A stretch of DNA of 64,000 nt from an uncultured Verrucomicrobiae bacterium (GTDB lineage Bacteria > Verrucomicrobiota > Verrucomicrobiia > Opitutales > JABDGR01). Both the position numbers and the translations under genes were made by a program. Each line of letters starts with the position of its first letter. Position 1 is the stretch's first letter. The notes under the pieces were generated by a model. That model did no database searches. It was not told the origin of the DNA and was given only the letters and a program-made list of their open reading frames with translations. The DNA lies in contig CAVXVB010000008.1 in assembly GCA_963765205.1 (NCBI GenBank), forward strand, positions 288,001 through 352,000. Reading direction: 5' to 3'. Below, one piece after another: positions 25,347 to 36,794 of the stretch.

Positions 25347-25419
25347 GTAGGGCGGTGCTTTAGCCCGCGCTTCTTGGACATGGGGGCGGTGCAGAGCGCG
25401 GGCTGAAGCACCGCGCTAC
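25347..25419. repeat. GTAG-type REP doublet (REPIN-like), 73 bp
   Basis: GTAGGGCGGTGCTTTAGCCCGCGC...GCGCGGGCTGAAGCACCGCGCTAC. Confidence 0.8.
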
Positions 25420-25458
25420 AAAAAATCGGGCGAAATAGCCCAACGACGTAATCACCAC

Positions 25459-27363
25459 TCATGGCGGCGGGAGCGGCTCGCCTTCCGCCGCGCTGGCGAA
25501 ATGACGGTAAAGACCCGCGTAAACGCCGTTTTGCGTGAGGAGTTGCGCGTGTGTGCCGCGCTCGATCAGGCGCCCATGATCGAGCACCAGCACCTGGCTG
25601 GCATTGCGGATGGTACTGAGGCGGTGCGCGACGACGAAGCTGGTGCGGCCTTCCAGCAGGCGCGCGAGCGCGGCCTGCAAACGCGCCTCGGTGATGGTGT
25701 CAATCGCGCTGGTGGCCTCGTCGAGGATGAGGATGCGCGGGTCGGCCAGCAACGCGCGCGCAAAACAAATGAGCTGCTGCTGGCCCGACGAGAGTCCGCG
25801 GCCTTTTTCGCCTACCGGGGTGCGCAGGCCCTGCGGCAATGATTCGAGCAAATCGAGGCAGTCGAGCCGGCGCAGGACGGCGACGACCTCCTCATCGGTC
25901 GCGGCCGGGCGCGGCAGGCGGATGTTGTCCGCGACAGTGCCGGTGAACAAAAAGCTCTGCTGAAGCACGAGGCCCATCTGCCGCCGCAGCGAGCCGCTGG
26001 CGGCGGTTTTGATTTCGCGCCCGTCGAGGAGAATTTCGCCCGACTGCGCGAGGTAAAATTTCGCGAGCAGGTTGATGATGCTGGTCTTGCCGCTGCCGGT
26101 GTGGCCGACGAGCGCGATGGTCTGGCCCGGCTCGGCGATGAACGACAAGTCGTGCAGCACGGGCCGCGCGGGATCGTAGCCGAAGGTGACATGGCGGAAT
26201 TCGACGCGGCCCCGGAGGGGCGGGAGTGGCTGCGCGTCGGGCGCGTCCTGCCATTCGGGCGCCGTGTCGAGCATGCGGAAGAGACGCTCGGCGCCGGCCA
26301 GCGCGGTCAGCGCCTGCGCGAATTGGTTGCCGAGCACGGTGATGGGGCCGAAGAACTGGTTGGCGAGAAAGAAAAACATGATGAGGTCGCCGGCCGGCAT
26401 GTGCCAGGCCGGGTGAAACGCGCAATAGCCGCCGACCAGCAACACGGTGGAAATAAAAAATTGCGAATTCACCTCGAGCAGCGGGATGAACAGCCCGCTC
26501 TGCCGCGCGAAATTCAGGTTGTAGAGTGAATGATCGTGCGCCAACCGCTTGAAAATGCCGGCGTTGACGGCCTCGCGCCCGAAGCTTTGCGTCACGCGGA
26601 TGCCCGCGACCGTCTCGGCCAGCGAGGCGGTCACCCGCGAAAAACTCTCCTGCATCATGCGCGTGGCGTCGCTGAGCCGCCCGCGAAAATAGCGGTCGAG
26701 CGCCCAGGCGGGCGGCGCGGTGAGCAGGACGACGAGGAACAATTTCCAGCTATACAGCGCCATCAGCACACAGGCGGAGAGCATCTGGCCGCATTGCACG
26801 AGGCCGACGAAGAGAAAATTCTGGACCCCGAGGCGCACGGCTTCGATGTCGCTCGTCATGCGGCTGATGACGCGCCCAAGCTTCGTGCGTTGGAAATAGG
26901 AAAGCGGCAGCGTGAAGAGGTGTTCGAGCAACAACATCCGCAAATCGCGCACCACATTTTCGCCGAGTTCGAGGGCGTAAAGCTGGCGATAATAAAGCAC
27001 CCAGTCCGTGGAACATACCAACGCGAAATAGGCGATGAGCGCCCAGACCAGTCCCGTGGCGTCGTGATGCGCGACCGGTCCTTGGATCACGGCGCCGACG
27101 CCCCACGCCAGCAGCGGCAGTTGCATCGAGCGCACCGTGACGAGCGCGAAAAGCCGGTTGCGCTTCTTCGCATACGGATGCGTGTAACTGAAGAGCCGGC
27201 GCAAAATCGCCAAATCCAGCGTGCGCGGGAGTTCGCGGCGATCGTCCTCGTCGCGGTCGCCGCGTGGCGCGCCCCGGGCGAGGGAAAAATCGTGCCGGAC
27301 GGTCGGGTGCGGCTTCGGCGGACAGTGGAAAAGTCCGCGCAGCCAATCAAGGTCGAGGCTCAT
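25459..27363 (-). CDS. ABC exporter, fused permease/ATPase (heterodimer subunit 2)
   Basis: TM domain + GHTGSGKT, LSSGQQQ, LILDEATS. Confidence 0.95.
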   Translation of the reverse strand: MSLDLDWLRGLFHCPPKPHPTVRHDFSLARGAPRGDRDEDDRRELPRTLDLAILRRLFSYTHPYAKKRNRLFALVTVRSMQLPLLAWGVGAVIQGPVAHHDATGLVWALIAYFALVCSTDWVLYYRQLYALELGENVVRDLRMLLLEHLFTLPLSYFQRTKLGRVISRMTSDIEAVRLGVQNFLFVGLVQCGQMLSACVLMALYSWKLFLVVLLTAPPAWALDRYFRGRLSDATRMMQESFSRVTASLAETVAGIRVTQSFGREAVNAGIFKRLAHDHSLYNLNFARQSGLFIPLLEVNSQFFISTVLLVGGYCAFHPAWHMPAGDLIMFFFLANQFFGPITVLGNQFAQALTALAGAERLFRMLDTAPEWQDAPDAQPLPPLRGRVEFRHVTFGYDPARPVLHDLSFIAEPGQTIALVGHTGSGKTSIINLLAKFYLAQSGEILLDGREIKTAASGSLRRQMGLVLQQSFLFTGTVADNIRLPRPAATDEEVVAVLRRLDCLDLLESLPQGLRTPVGEKGRGLSSGQQQLICFARALLADPRILILDEATSAIDTITEARLQAALARLLEGRTSFVVAHRLSTIRNASQVLVLDHGRLIERGTHAQLLTQNGVYAGLYRHFASAAEGEPLPPP

Positions 27364-29327
27364 GGCGCGCCTCCTTCCGGCAGCGGTAGGTCCGGTGGCC
27401 GCGGCGCGGCAAATGGCGGCTTAGCCGGGCGCGCGGCCCAGGGCGCGCGGGTGTTTTCCAGGATTTGGCGGCTTTCGAAATCGAGGCCCTGGATGCTGAC
27501 CGCGCGGCGATACGGGCCGGCCTGCTCCATTAATTCGCGATGGTTGCCCTGCTGGACGAGGCGGCCCTGCTCGAGAACAAAGATGCGGTCAGCGCGACGC
27601 AACGTGCTCAGGCGGTGCGCGACGATGAACGTGGTGCGGCCCTGCACCGCCCGTTCGAGGGCGTCAATAATCTCGTGCTCTGTGCCGGGGTCCACGGCGG
27701 CGGTTGGGTCGTCGAGCAGCAGAATCGCCGGGTCGAGCAGCAGCGCGCGCGCGATGGCGAGGCGCTGGCGCTGGCCGCCGGAGAGGTTCGTGCCGAGTTC
27801 GCCGAGCATCGTTTCGTAGCCCTGCGGCAACTCGCGGATGAAGACATCCGCCGCGGCGATTTGCGCGGCGCGCTCGATGCGTTCGCGCGAGGCCTCGGGG
27901 TTGCCGAAGGCGATGTTCGCCGCGACGGTGTCGGAAAATAGAAAATTTTCCTGGAAAACCAGCCCGATGGAGCGGCGGAGTTCCTCGAGGGGCAGCTCGC
28001 GCAGGTCGCGCCCATCAAGTCGGACACACCCTGCGCGCGGGTCGTAAAAACGTGGGATGAGCGACATGAGCACGCTCTTGCCGGAGCCGGTCGCGCCCGC
28101 GATGGCGATGAGTTCGCCGGGTTTGACGGTGAAGGAAATGTCCGCCAGCGCGGCATGGCCGGGCTGGTAGGAAAAACTGACGTGGTCGAAAACAATTTCC
28201 CCGCGCACTTTCCCCAAGGGCACGGGATGGGGCGGCGACTGCACCTCGATGGGCGCGTCGAGGACTTCAAAAACACGCCGCGCGCTCGTTAACGCCAGTT
28301 GAATCGAGTCGGCGACAGAGGCGATGGTGTTGACCTGGCTGGAGAATTGCTGGAGCAGGCCCGCGAAAACAACGAGGCCCGCGCCGAGGGGGATTTCGCC
28401 GCGCATGGTCATCCAGCCGCCGTAGCCGAGCAGCGCGATCATGCCGATTTGCGTCAGCAGGTCCATCGTCGGCGAATAAAGGCTGACGGCGCGAAAAATG
28501 GTGTAGCGCTGGGCGGCGACGCGGCGGTTGTCGGCGTCGAAGCGCGCCGCGGCGTCCGCTTCGAGGGCGAAGCCCTTGATCGTGCCGATGCCCTGGATGC
28601 ACTCGGCAAACGAGAGCACGAGCTGGTCCATCAAGTTGCGGCTCTCGACGTAGGCCGGGCGGATTTGGCGGGCGAAATGCACCGAACGGATCCACAGCAG
28701 CGGCATCGTCGCGAGGCACGCCAGCGTCAGCGCCGGGCTGATGTTGACCATGTAGATCGCATACACCGTCAGCGAAATGAGCATGATGAAAATCTGGATG
28801 ACCACTTGGTCCACGAACGCACGGACGTTTTGGGCGTCGCTCGTGCAGCGGTTAATGATCGAGCCGCTGGCGTTTTCATCGAAGAAGCGGAAGGACAGGC
28901 GCTGGAGCTTGTCGTAAACCCGCGCGCGCAACTCGACCACCAGCCGGTGCTGCGTCAGCAGCGCGAGGCCGACCGAATAGGTGTAATTGAGCACCGAGCG
29001 CAACAGCGCGAGGACGAGAATCGCGCCGGCCAGCATCCACAAGCCGCGCATGACCGGCGCGCCATCCGCCGGCGCCGGCAGCCACACCGGCCAGTTCGGC
29101 GCGGGCACCGACGGATCCACTGCGTGGCGCACGTAATCAATGCCAACGCCGGTCAAGTTGAGACCCATCAACCCCAGCGTGAGCAGCACCAGTTGCAGCG
29201 CCAGCACTTGCAGGCACAGGTATTTATACTGCCAGGTCAGCTTGAGCAGCCGCACGGCCAGCGCGCCATTCGAGTAATCGGGCGGCGGCGAAGTTGGGGC
29301 AGCGGACGCTGGCGCGGCGGCAGGCAT
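27360..29327 (-). CDS. ABC exporter, fused permease/ATPase (subunit 1, degenerate site)
   Basis: GATGSGKS, LSGGQRQR, LLLDDPT (D for catalytic E). Confidence 0.95.
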   Translation of the reverse strand: MPAAAPASAAPTSPPPDYSNGALAVRLLKLTWQYKYLCLQVLALQLVLLTLGLMGLNLTGVGIDYVRHAVDPSVPAPNWPVWLPAPADGAPVMRGLWMLAGAILVLALLRSVLNYTYSVGLALLTQHRLVVELRARVYDKLQRLSFRFFDENASGSIINRCTSDAQNVRAFVDQVVIQIFIMLISLTVYAIYMVNISPALTLACLATMPLLWIRSVHFARQIRPAYVESRNLMDQLVLSFAECIQGIGTIKGFALEADAAARFDADNRRVAAQRYTIFRAVSLYSPTMDLLTQIGMIALLGYGGWMTMRGEIPLGAGLVVFAGLLQQFSSQVNTIASVADSIQLALTSARRVFEVLDAPIEVQSPPHPVPLGKVRGEIVFDHVSFSYQPGHAALADISFTVKPGELIAIAGATGSGKSVLMSLIPRFYDPRAGCVRLDGRDLRELPLEELRRSIGLVFQENFLFSDTVAANIAFGNPEASRERIERAAQIAAADVFIRELPQGYETMLGELGTNLSGGQRQRLAIARALLLDPAILLLDDPTAAVDPGTEHEIIDALERAVQGRTTFIVAHRLSTLRRADRIFVLEQGRLVQQGNHRELMEQAGPYRRAVSIQGLDFESRQILENTRAPWAARPAKPPFAAPRPPDLPLPEGGAP

Positions 29328-29534
29328 AAAACCGCCCAGCCTAGTGAGCGCGCGCCGGAAGCGCAAGAATCAGTGCAGGAAAGCGTTGGGGTATTTTGGA
29401 CGGTGGCAACGCGCCGAATCAATGCTAACGCTCATGCATCACCTCAAAGCTGCCAGCAATAATCTTCATGCAAATATCTTCCTGGGCGATGCAAGCGGCT
29501 GCACGGTGCATGGCCATTGGTTGCAAAATTCCGG

Positions 29535-29840
29535 CTACGGTTTGCGCAGCACGTCGGGCGCGCGGGGGTCGGCGCCAGCGGTTTTGTGATACGCGCCGGT
29601 TTGCTTGTCGCGCACATATTTGGTGAAGCCGGCTCGCGCGACGTTTTGGTCGGATAGTTTTTTCTTGGTCGATCCCGGCGTGTATTTCGAGGCCACCGCC
29701 GTCGGCAAATAAACGCGGCGCAGGGGCAGGCCCGTGACGGGATGGCGCGCCAGCGGCGGGGCGCTCATCGGTTGCTCGACTTCGAGCAACTCACCCTCCG
29801 AGCCGTCCGCGCGGATTTCCTGGTAAACGTAAACAGGCAT
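29535..29840 (-). CDS. FmdB-family zinc-ribbon-like regulator lacking cysteines
   Basis: MPVYVYQ...EVEQPMSAPPLARHPVTG...RRVY pattern. Confidence 0.75.
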   Translation of the reverse strand: MPVYVYQEIRADGSEGELLEVEQPMSAPPLARHPVTGLPLRRVYLPTAVASKYTPGSTKKKLSDQNVARAGFTKYVRDKQTGAYHKTAGADPRAPDVLRKP

Positions 29841-29923
29841 GGGAACAAATTAGCTGACGGGCGGCGTTTTGGCAAGCGCGGCGGGACAACCGGGAACATC
29901 CTCGCGAAACGAAAGCGCCAGAT

Positions 29924-31087
29924 CTAACCCCCGGATAGCTCCGCAAACAGCCGGTTGGCCAGCGCGATGGCATTTTTTTGGTTTCTATTCAGGACAGTGA
30001 AGTGGCCCATTTTGCGGCCGGGGCGCGGTTCGCCCTTGTCGTAGAGGTGGAGTTTCACGCGCGGGTCGCGCAGCAGTTTGGCCCAATCGGGCGCATGGCC
30101 ATTGCGCCAAAGCTCGCCGAGCAAATTGACCATCACCGCCGGGCGCAGCAAATCCGGCGCGCCCAACGGCAGGCCCGCGACGCAGCGAATATGTTGCTCG
30201 AACTGGCTCATGGCGCAGGCGTCGAGTGTGTAGTGGCCGCTGTTGTGCGGGCGCGGCGCGAGTTCGTTGACCAGCAATTTTCCATCCGCGTAAAACATTT
30301 CCACGGCGAGCAATCCGACCACGCCGAGGGTCTCCGCGATTTCTTTGGCCAATGCCGCGCCGGCGCGCTGCGTTTTCTCCGTCAACCGGGCCGGGGCGAT
30401 GCTGCGGTGCAAGATGTGGCGGACGTGCTCGTTCTCCGCCATGGGGAACGCCGCCATTTTTCCGTCCAGGCCCCGTGCGACAATCACCGAACACTCGGCC
30501 GCAAACGGAATCCACTTTTCAACCACGGCCTCGTCCGCGCCAAAACTTCGCCAAACCACGTCCCAATCCGGCGTGAGGCCCGCCGGCATGGCGGGCAACT
30601 TGAGCTGCCCTTTGCCGTCGTAGCCGGAAACCGCCGTCTTAAGCACGCACGGGAAACCGAGCTTCGCCGCCGCGCGCGCCAATTGCGCCGCCGAATTCAC
30701 CACCGCGAAATCAACGCAGGGGAAGCCGTGGCGGCGCAGGAATTCCTTTTCGCGCCGGCGGTTCTGGCAGATGGCCAGCGCGCGCGAACCGGGCCGCGCG
30801 GGGACGCATTTTTCGAGCAGTTGCAGGGCCATGGCCGGCACGTTTTCAAACTCCAGCGTCACCGCCGCGATGCCGTCCGCAAACTGCGCCAGCGCCGCCG
30901 CGTCGTCCCAGGCTGCGGAAAAAGTTTTCTCCGCAACCGGCGCGGCGCAGCAGCCGGGTGCCGGCTCGTAAACATGGAAGCGGTAGCCCAGCCGCCGGCC
31001 GGCCAGCAGGGCCATACGGCCCAACTGCCCGCCACCAAGCATCCCGAGCGTCGAGCCCGGCGGCAAAAGGCGTGTGGAGAAACTCAT
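29924..31087 (-). CDS. purK: N5-carboxyaminoimidazole ribonucleotide synthase
   Basis: LGGGQLGRM, GYDGKGQ, NELAPRPHNSGH, GRKMGH. Confidence 0.97.
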   Translation of the reverse strand: MSFSTRLLPPGSTLGMLGGGQLGRMALLAGRRLGYRFHVYEPAPGCCAAPVAEKTFSAAWDDAAALAQFADGIAAVTLEFENVPAMALQLLEKCVPARPGSRALAICQNRRREKEFLRRHGFPCVDFAVVNSAAQLARAAAKLGFPCVLKTAVSGYDGKGQLKLPAMPAGLTPDWDVVWRSFGADEAVVEKWIPFAAECSVIVARGLDGKMAAFPMAENEHVRHILHRSIAPARLTEKTQRAGAALAKEIAETLGVVGLLAVEMFYADGKLLVNELAPRPHNSGHYTLDACAMSQFEQHIRCVAGLPLGAPDLLRPAVMVNLLGELWRNGHAPDWAKLLRDPRVKLHLYDKGEPRPGRKMGHFTVLNRNQKNAIALANRLFAELSGG

Positions 31088-31099
31088 GGAAAATATGTT

Positions 31100-31801
31100 T
31101 CAAGAATTCGCGGCGGCTTTCAATCCCGGAACATCCGGCGGGATCGGCGCGGGCACTCCCAGTTTTTGCGGCTGGGTATTGAGCAGCTCCGCATCGGCTA
31201 CGGCTTTCACGCGGGCGAGCCATTCGCGGAAATGCGAATCGTAAAAATCGCCGCCGGGGTCGGTCGCAATGCAGCCCACGGCGTCCAGCCCCCAGGCGCG
31301 CGCGAGGTAGAGCGCGCGGGGCAAATGAAATTCCTGGGAGACGATCACCACGGATTTCAGCCCGAAAATTTTGCGCGCGCGGGCCATCGAGTCCAACGTG
31401 CGCAGCCCGGCGTCATCCCGGGTGATGGCGCTGGCCGGAATGCCGCGGTGGCGCAAGCCCTCGACCATCAGCGCCGTTTCGCTGCCCAGCGGATCAAGCG
31501 CCACGCCATCGCCGGACACGAGGAGCTGCCGCACTTTGCCCGCCTTATATAAAGCTGCCGCCGTATCAAGCCGGTAATCAAAATAGAGCGAACCCGGCCC
31601 CGCGCCGAGCACCAGCGCGACGGGCGCGGGCGGCACGTCGGCCACGCGCGCATAAATCCGCCCGGTGGCCGCAAACACCATCCAACAATTTAACAGCACC
31701 ACGGGCAACAAACCCAGCAGCCCCAGCGCGCCCAGCGCCAGCAGCCCGCGCCTCAGGAAGCGCCGCAAGGGCCGGGGTCGGTCGGCTCGTCGTAAACTCA
31801 T
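31100..31801 (-). CDS. SanA/YdcF (DUF218) protein
   Basis: ALVLGA, LLVSGD, DDAGLRTLDS, SQEFHLPRA, REWLARVKA. Confidence 0.9.
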   Translation of the reverse strand: MSLRRADRPRPLRRFLRRGLLALGALGLLGLLPVVLLNCWMVFAATGRIYARVADVPPAPVALVLGAGPGSLYFDYRLDTAAALYKAGKVRQLLVSGDGVALDPLGSETALMVEGLRHRGIPASAITRDDAGLRTLDSMARARKIFGLKSVVIVSQEFHLPRALYLARAWGLDAVGCIATDPGGDFYDSHFREWLARVKAVADAELLNTQPQKLGVPAPIPPDVPGLKAAANS

Positions 31802-31830
31802 GGAGGAGTCGGTTGGCAAACGGCAGCGGC

Positions 31831-32328
<498 letters not shown>

Positions 32329-32400
32329 ACGCGGGACAGTCTCGCGCAAACTGACCCCCTGCGCCAAGGGAAATTTTTAGGGGCGCGGTAACGTATTTCG

Positions 32401-32429
32401 GTAGGGACGCCTCGGAGAGGCGTCCCTAC
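32401..32429. repeat. REP-like palindrome, family 2
   Basis: GTAGGGACGCCTCGGAGAGGCGTCCCTAC; related copies at 24554-24578 and 44216-44240. Confidence 0.8.
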
Positions 32430-32477
32430 CGACCCTGAGGAATTTTAACTAAAATCGCACATTTTCCATTTTCCCCC

Positions 32478-32518
32478 TTGCGCGAATGTCCTACCTGTGC
32501 TAGTGTTGGTCATACAGT
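32478..32518 (+). promoter_or_regulatory. Sigma70-type promoter overlapped by a YtrA-like operator
   Basis: TTGCGC-17 nt-TAGTGT with extended TG; CCTGTG-N13-TACAGT has the spacing of the B. subtilis YtrA box AGTGTA-N13-TACACT. Confidence 0.6.
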
Positions 32519-32909
32519 TCCATGTTACCCTTCTCCATTGAACTCCGGCCGGGCCTGCCGCTGGCCGAACAAATCGTTTACGCGGTCAAGAAGGCCGTCG
32601 TGACGGGCCAGTTGCGGCCGGGCGACGCCTTTCCCTCGGTGCGGCAATTGAGCCAGGACCTGCGCATCAACCCCAACACCGCGCAGAAGGTCGCCGCCGC
32701 GCTCGTGCACGAGGGCGTCCTCATCACCACGCCCGCCGTCGGCAGTTTCGTCGCGCGCCCCGAGGAAGGCAACCGCCGCGCGCGCGCCGCCCTGCTGGGC
32801 GCGGAACTCGAACACCTCGTCGTCGAGGCCAAGCGCCTCGGCCTCACCCTCGACGAAGTCGCCGACGGCCTCGCCGCGCATTGGGAAAAACTTTCACCCT
32901 CCCCCAAAC

Positions 32910-33817
<908 letters not shown>

Positions 33818-33821
<4 letters not shown>

Positions 33822-35647
33822 AGCTCACCTGGCACATCGCCAAAAAGGATTTCCGCCGCCTGTGGCCCCTGCTCGCGCTCTGGTGGGGTGTGCTGGCGCT
33901 GCGCGCGTTTGAGCCGACCTGGGATTTAGCCACCCCGTATAAAGATTGGGACTGGTGGGCTTTACGATTCGCAGAAATCAGGCCCATCGCCATGGTAGTT
34001 TTGGACACGCTCCTGCTGATAGCCATTGGCGCCGCCGCCATCCGCGACGATTCACCCATCCGTTCCTTTGCCCATTGGCGGACACTGCCACTGGCGGGCG
34101 GGCGGGTATTGCTGGCCAAAATTCTCTTTCTCGCGGTTTTTTGCGGGCTGACCGGCGCGCTGATCAGCATCGCCACCAAAATCGCCTACGGATTTCCACC
34201 GGCAGAATTGTTGGCCGGGTTGGCCTGGTATGAGTGGAAAATCGCCGTCTGCGTGTCGCTGGGCGCGATGCTGGCATCCTTGTTCCATCATCCGTTTTTC
34301 ACTCCGGTGGTGGCGGTGATTTTTTATTGCTGCTGCGCCGTCCTCTGCGACCTGCCCGCCATTTGGTATACTCAGGTTGAAGGAATGGGGAACGGCGACG
34401 AGGGATCCACTTTGTATTTGTCGCGCTTTCTGGTTTGGTCGAATGTGTTGCTAGTTACGACGCTGGCGGTGGTGATTTATATGTATTACTCCCGTCGCCG
34501 CTGGCCCACCATCTTGATTCTGGGCGCGGGGGTAGCATTGGCGCAAGTAGCGCAAGGATTATGGCCAATCGATTTTTTTGGCCCACCCAAGTATGATTTC
34601 ATTTATATGCCGGCGCCGCCGGCGGCAATCTCCGCCCTGGCCTTGCAATTTTCGCCACTCGGTGTGACCTGGAATGAGAACGCAAGACCCGGCGATCAAT
34701 ATCGCGCGGAATTCGACGCAAAAATCTCCGGCCTGCGCTCCAGTCGCCCTGGCGAAGCTTGGTTCGCAGATACGGGTCGTTGGGTCCTCCCCCTGCCCGA
34801 TGGCAAAAAAATAGATTTTTTGGGGGGTATGGGGTCACCCTTTCCGACCAACTACGCCGAAGTCCTGCAGACGCTCGGCTTGGACAAATTTCCCGAAGAC
34901 AAAATCGAACTCTATGGAGGCAGTGGGAAGCAATTCGCTTACGCAGCCACTCTCAATTTACTTGAACTAAATTCACTTGAACAAGCGGGAGCGCAAAAGA
35001 CCCGGCCGAAATTGCAAGGCGGTTTTATGTTCCATGCCGGGCAAATGACGCGGATTGCGGATGCCCCCGTCACCCCGGGCGCGCATTTGGCGCGCACCGA
35101 GGACGATTTCACCATCCAGAACGTCGCAGTGACGCATGATGTTGACCCCGACTCCAGCCGAATCTATCGCAGGATGCCCGCCGGCCTGACCGCGGAATAC
35201 GTCGAGATTCAACTTCTGATCCAATCGGTTGCGCCGGCCGGGGCGCCCTTAGGCACGATTCACGAATACGGGTCATCATGGTATAGGGAATACTGGGTAA
35301 AAGCGCCCAGCTACTTTTTCGTTTTATGGAATCCGCAGCGGCATGAAGTGGTGCCATCGTTTCGCCTCAAGGTCGAACCCGCGACTGAATCCGAAGATCG
35401 CTACGGGCAGAATGAAGGAAACGGGTTGAGTATACGCACCTACACCAACTCCCTGCTCTTTGAATTTTATCATGCCGCCGATTCCACCCCCTGGAGTCCG
35501 CAGGAAATCCAGGCGTGGCTGGCGGGCGCGCGGCTCGTCGAGTTGCGCTATAAATGGGAGCATGAATATTACGTGCCGGCAGACATTGATCACCTGGACA
35601 TTCCCGACCACATCACCAACCACATTCCCAAAGACCCCACCCCATGA
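33818..35647 (+). CDS. ABC-2-type membrane protein with large extracytoplasmic domain
   Basis: MKLTWHIAKKDFRRLW start, multiple TM helices, WRTLP...LLAK motif; ATGA-coupled. Confidence 0.8.
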
Positions 35648-36408
35648 ACACCCTCTGGCACATCGTAAAAAAAGACCTGCGGCGGTTTTGGCTGCTCCTC
35701 ACCGTGTTGGCCCTTGTCTTGATCGTGAAGGCCTTCTTATTGGCCGGGACCTCCTTCGGGGGGCCAGCCGTCCCGCTTAATAGCATGGATGCCTTGGGGC
35801 GAATTGCTGATACGTATTTAAGAAAAGATGGCTTACTATCCATGGCGGGAGGACTTCTGGGAATCACTGACTTTTTGATCCTATCTACCCTGATCCTCGG
35901 CATCCTGCTGGAAGACCCGCCGCTGGGCGACCGCACCTTTTGGCGCGCGCGGCCCATTGCCAGCGGGCAAATGCTAACCGCCAAGGCGATATCCCTTTTC
36001 CTCCTTAGTTGGCCGTTGCAAGCGGGGTTGCAGATACTCATTAACTTCGCCAACCATCCCTGGTATTCCGCCTTGGGCGAGCTGACGCTGATTCAAGCCA
36101 CGTGGGTCGCGGTGCTGGCGCCCATCGTGCTGTTGTGGCGAAATCCCATCACCGGCGCAGGTGCCTTGGCCGCCATCTGGGTTGGTTCCTTTATGCTGCT
36201 GGGGGAATTATTGTCACCTACTATGCCCCAGCCGGTGGGCGGGAAGCCCGATCCACTGATATCGAGGGAGGTTATATTTCTGGCCGTTTTATTCTGCACG
36301 ACCGTTGCAGTCGCGGCGTGGATGTATTTGAAAAGAAAACGTCTCATCGGCTTCCTGATTTTTAGCGCGGGCTTGGTGGCCATGTGGTGGGTGGCGGCAT
36401 GCTTTTGA
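35644..36408 (+). CDS. Paralogous membrane protein
   Basis: MNTLWHIVKKDLRRFW, FWRARPI...MLTAK. Confidence 0.8.
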   Translation: MNTLWHIVKKDLRRFWLLLTVLALVLIVKAFLLAGTSFGGPAVPLNSMDALGRIADTYLRKDGLLSMAGGLLGITDFLILSTLILGILLEDPPLGDRTFWRARPIASGQMLTAKAISLFLLSWPLQAGLQILINFANHPWYSALGELTLIQATWVAVLAPIVLLWRNPITGAGALAAIWVGSFMLLGELLSPTMPQPVGGKPDPLISREVIFLAVLFCTTVAVAAWMYLKRKRLIGFLIFSAGLVAMWWVAACF

Positions 36409-36569
36409 ACCGCGCTGCGAACTGGCGCAGGGGGACGGCGGCGAGTTTCGTGTGGCTGGGCGCCAGCCTGCTGGCTTCCATGTGGATGTATTGCCAGCGC
36501 CAACGCCGCACGGGTTTTCTCATTCTCACCCTGGGGGTGACGATCATTGTCGTGCCTTTCTTGTGGTGA
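36399..36569 (+). CDS. Small membrane protein or permease fragment
   Basis: WMYCQRQRRTGFLILTLG echoes WMYLKRKRLIGFLIFSAG of the preceding gene. Confidence 0.4.
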   Translation: MLLNRAANWRRGTAASFVWLGASLLASMWMYCQRQRRTGFLILTLGVTIIVVPFLW

Positions 36570-36794
36570 AACGCGGCGTTGTGGTTCAATTCGCGAGCGG
36601 CGTGGTTGGCGTGGCGCGATGCTTCAGCCCGCGCGGCAAATCATCGGTGGTGGAATAAGCGAGGGCTGTGGTTTATCATCCAATTATCGCGGCGCGGCCT
36701 CGCAGCGCGAGGCCACGGCCACCTCGGCAAAGACGATCGAGCCTTGCCCGGGTTTTACTTTCGGGGTCATCGAATCAACCAGCGTGAGCCGTGG

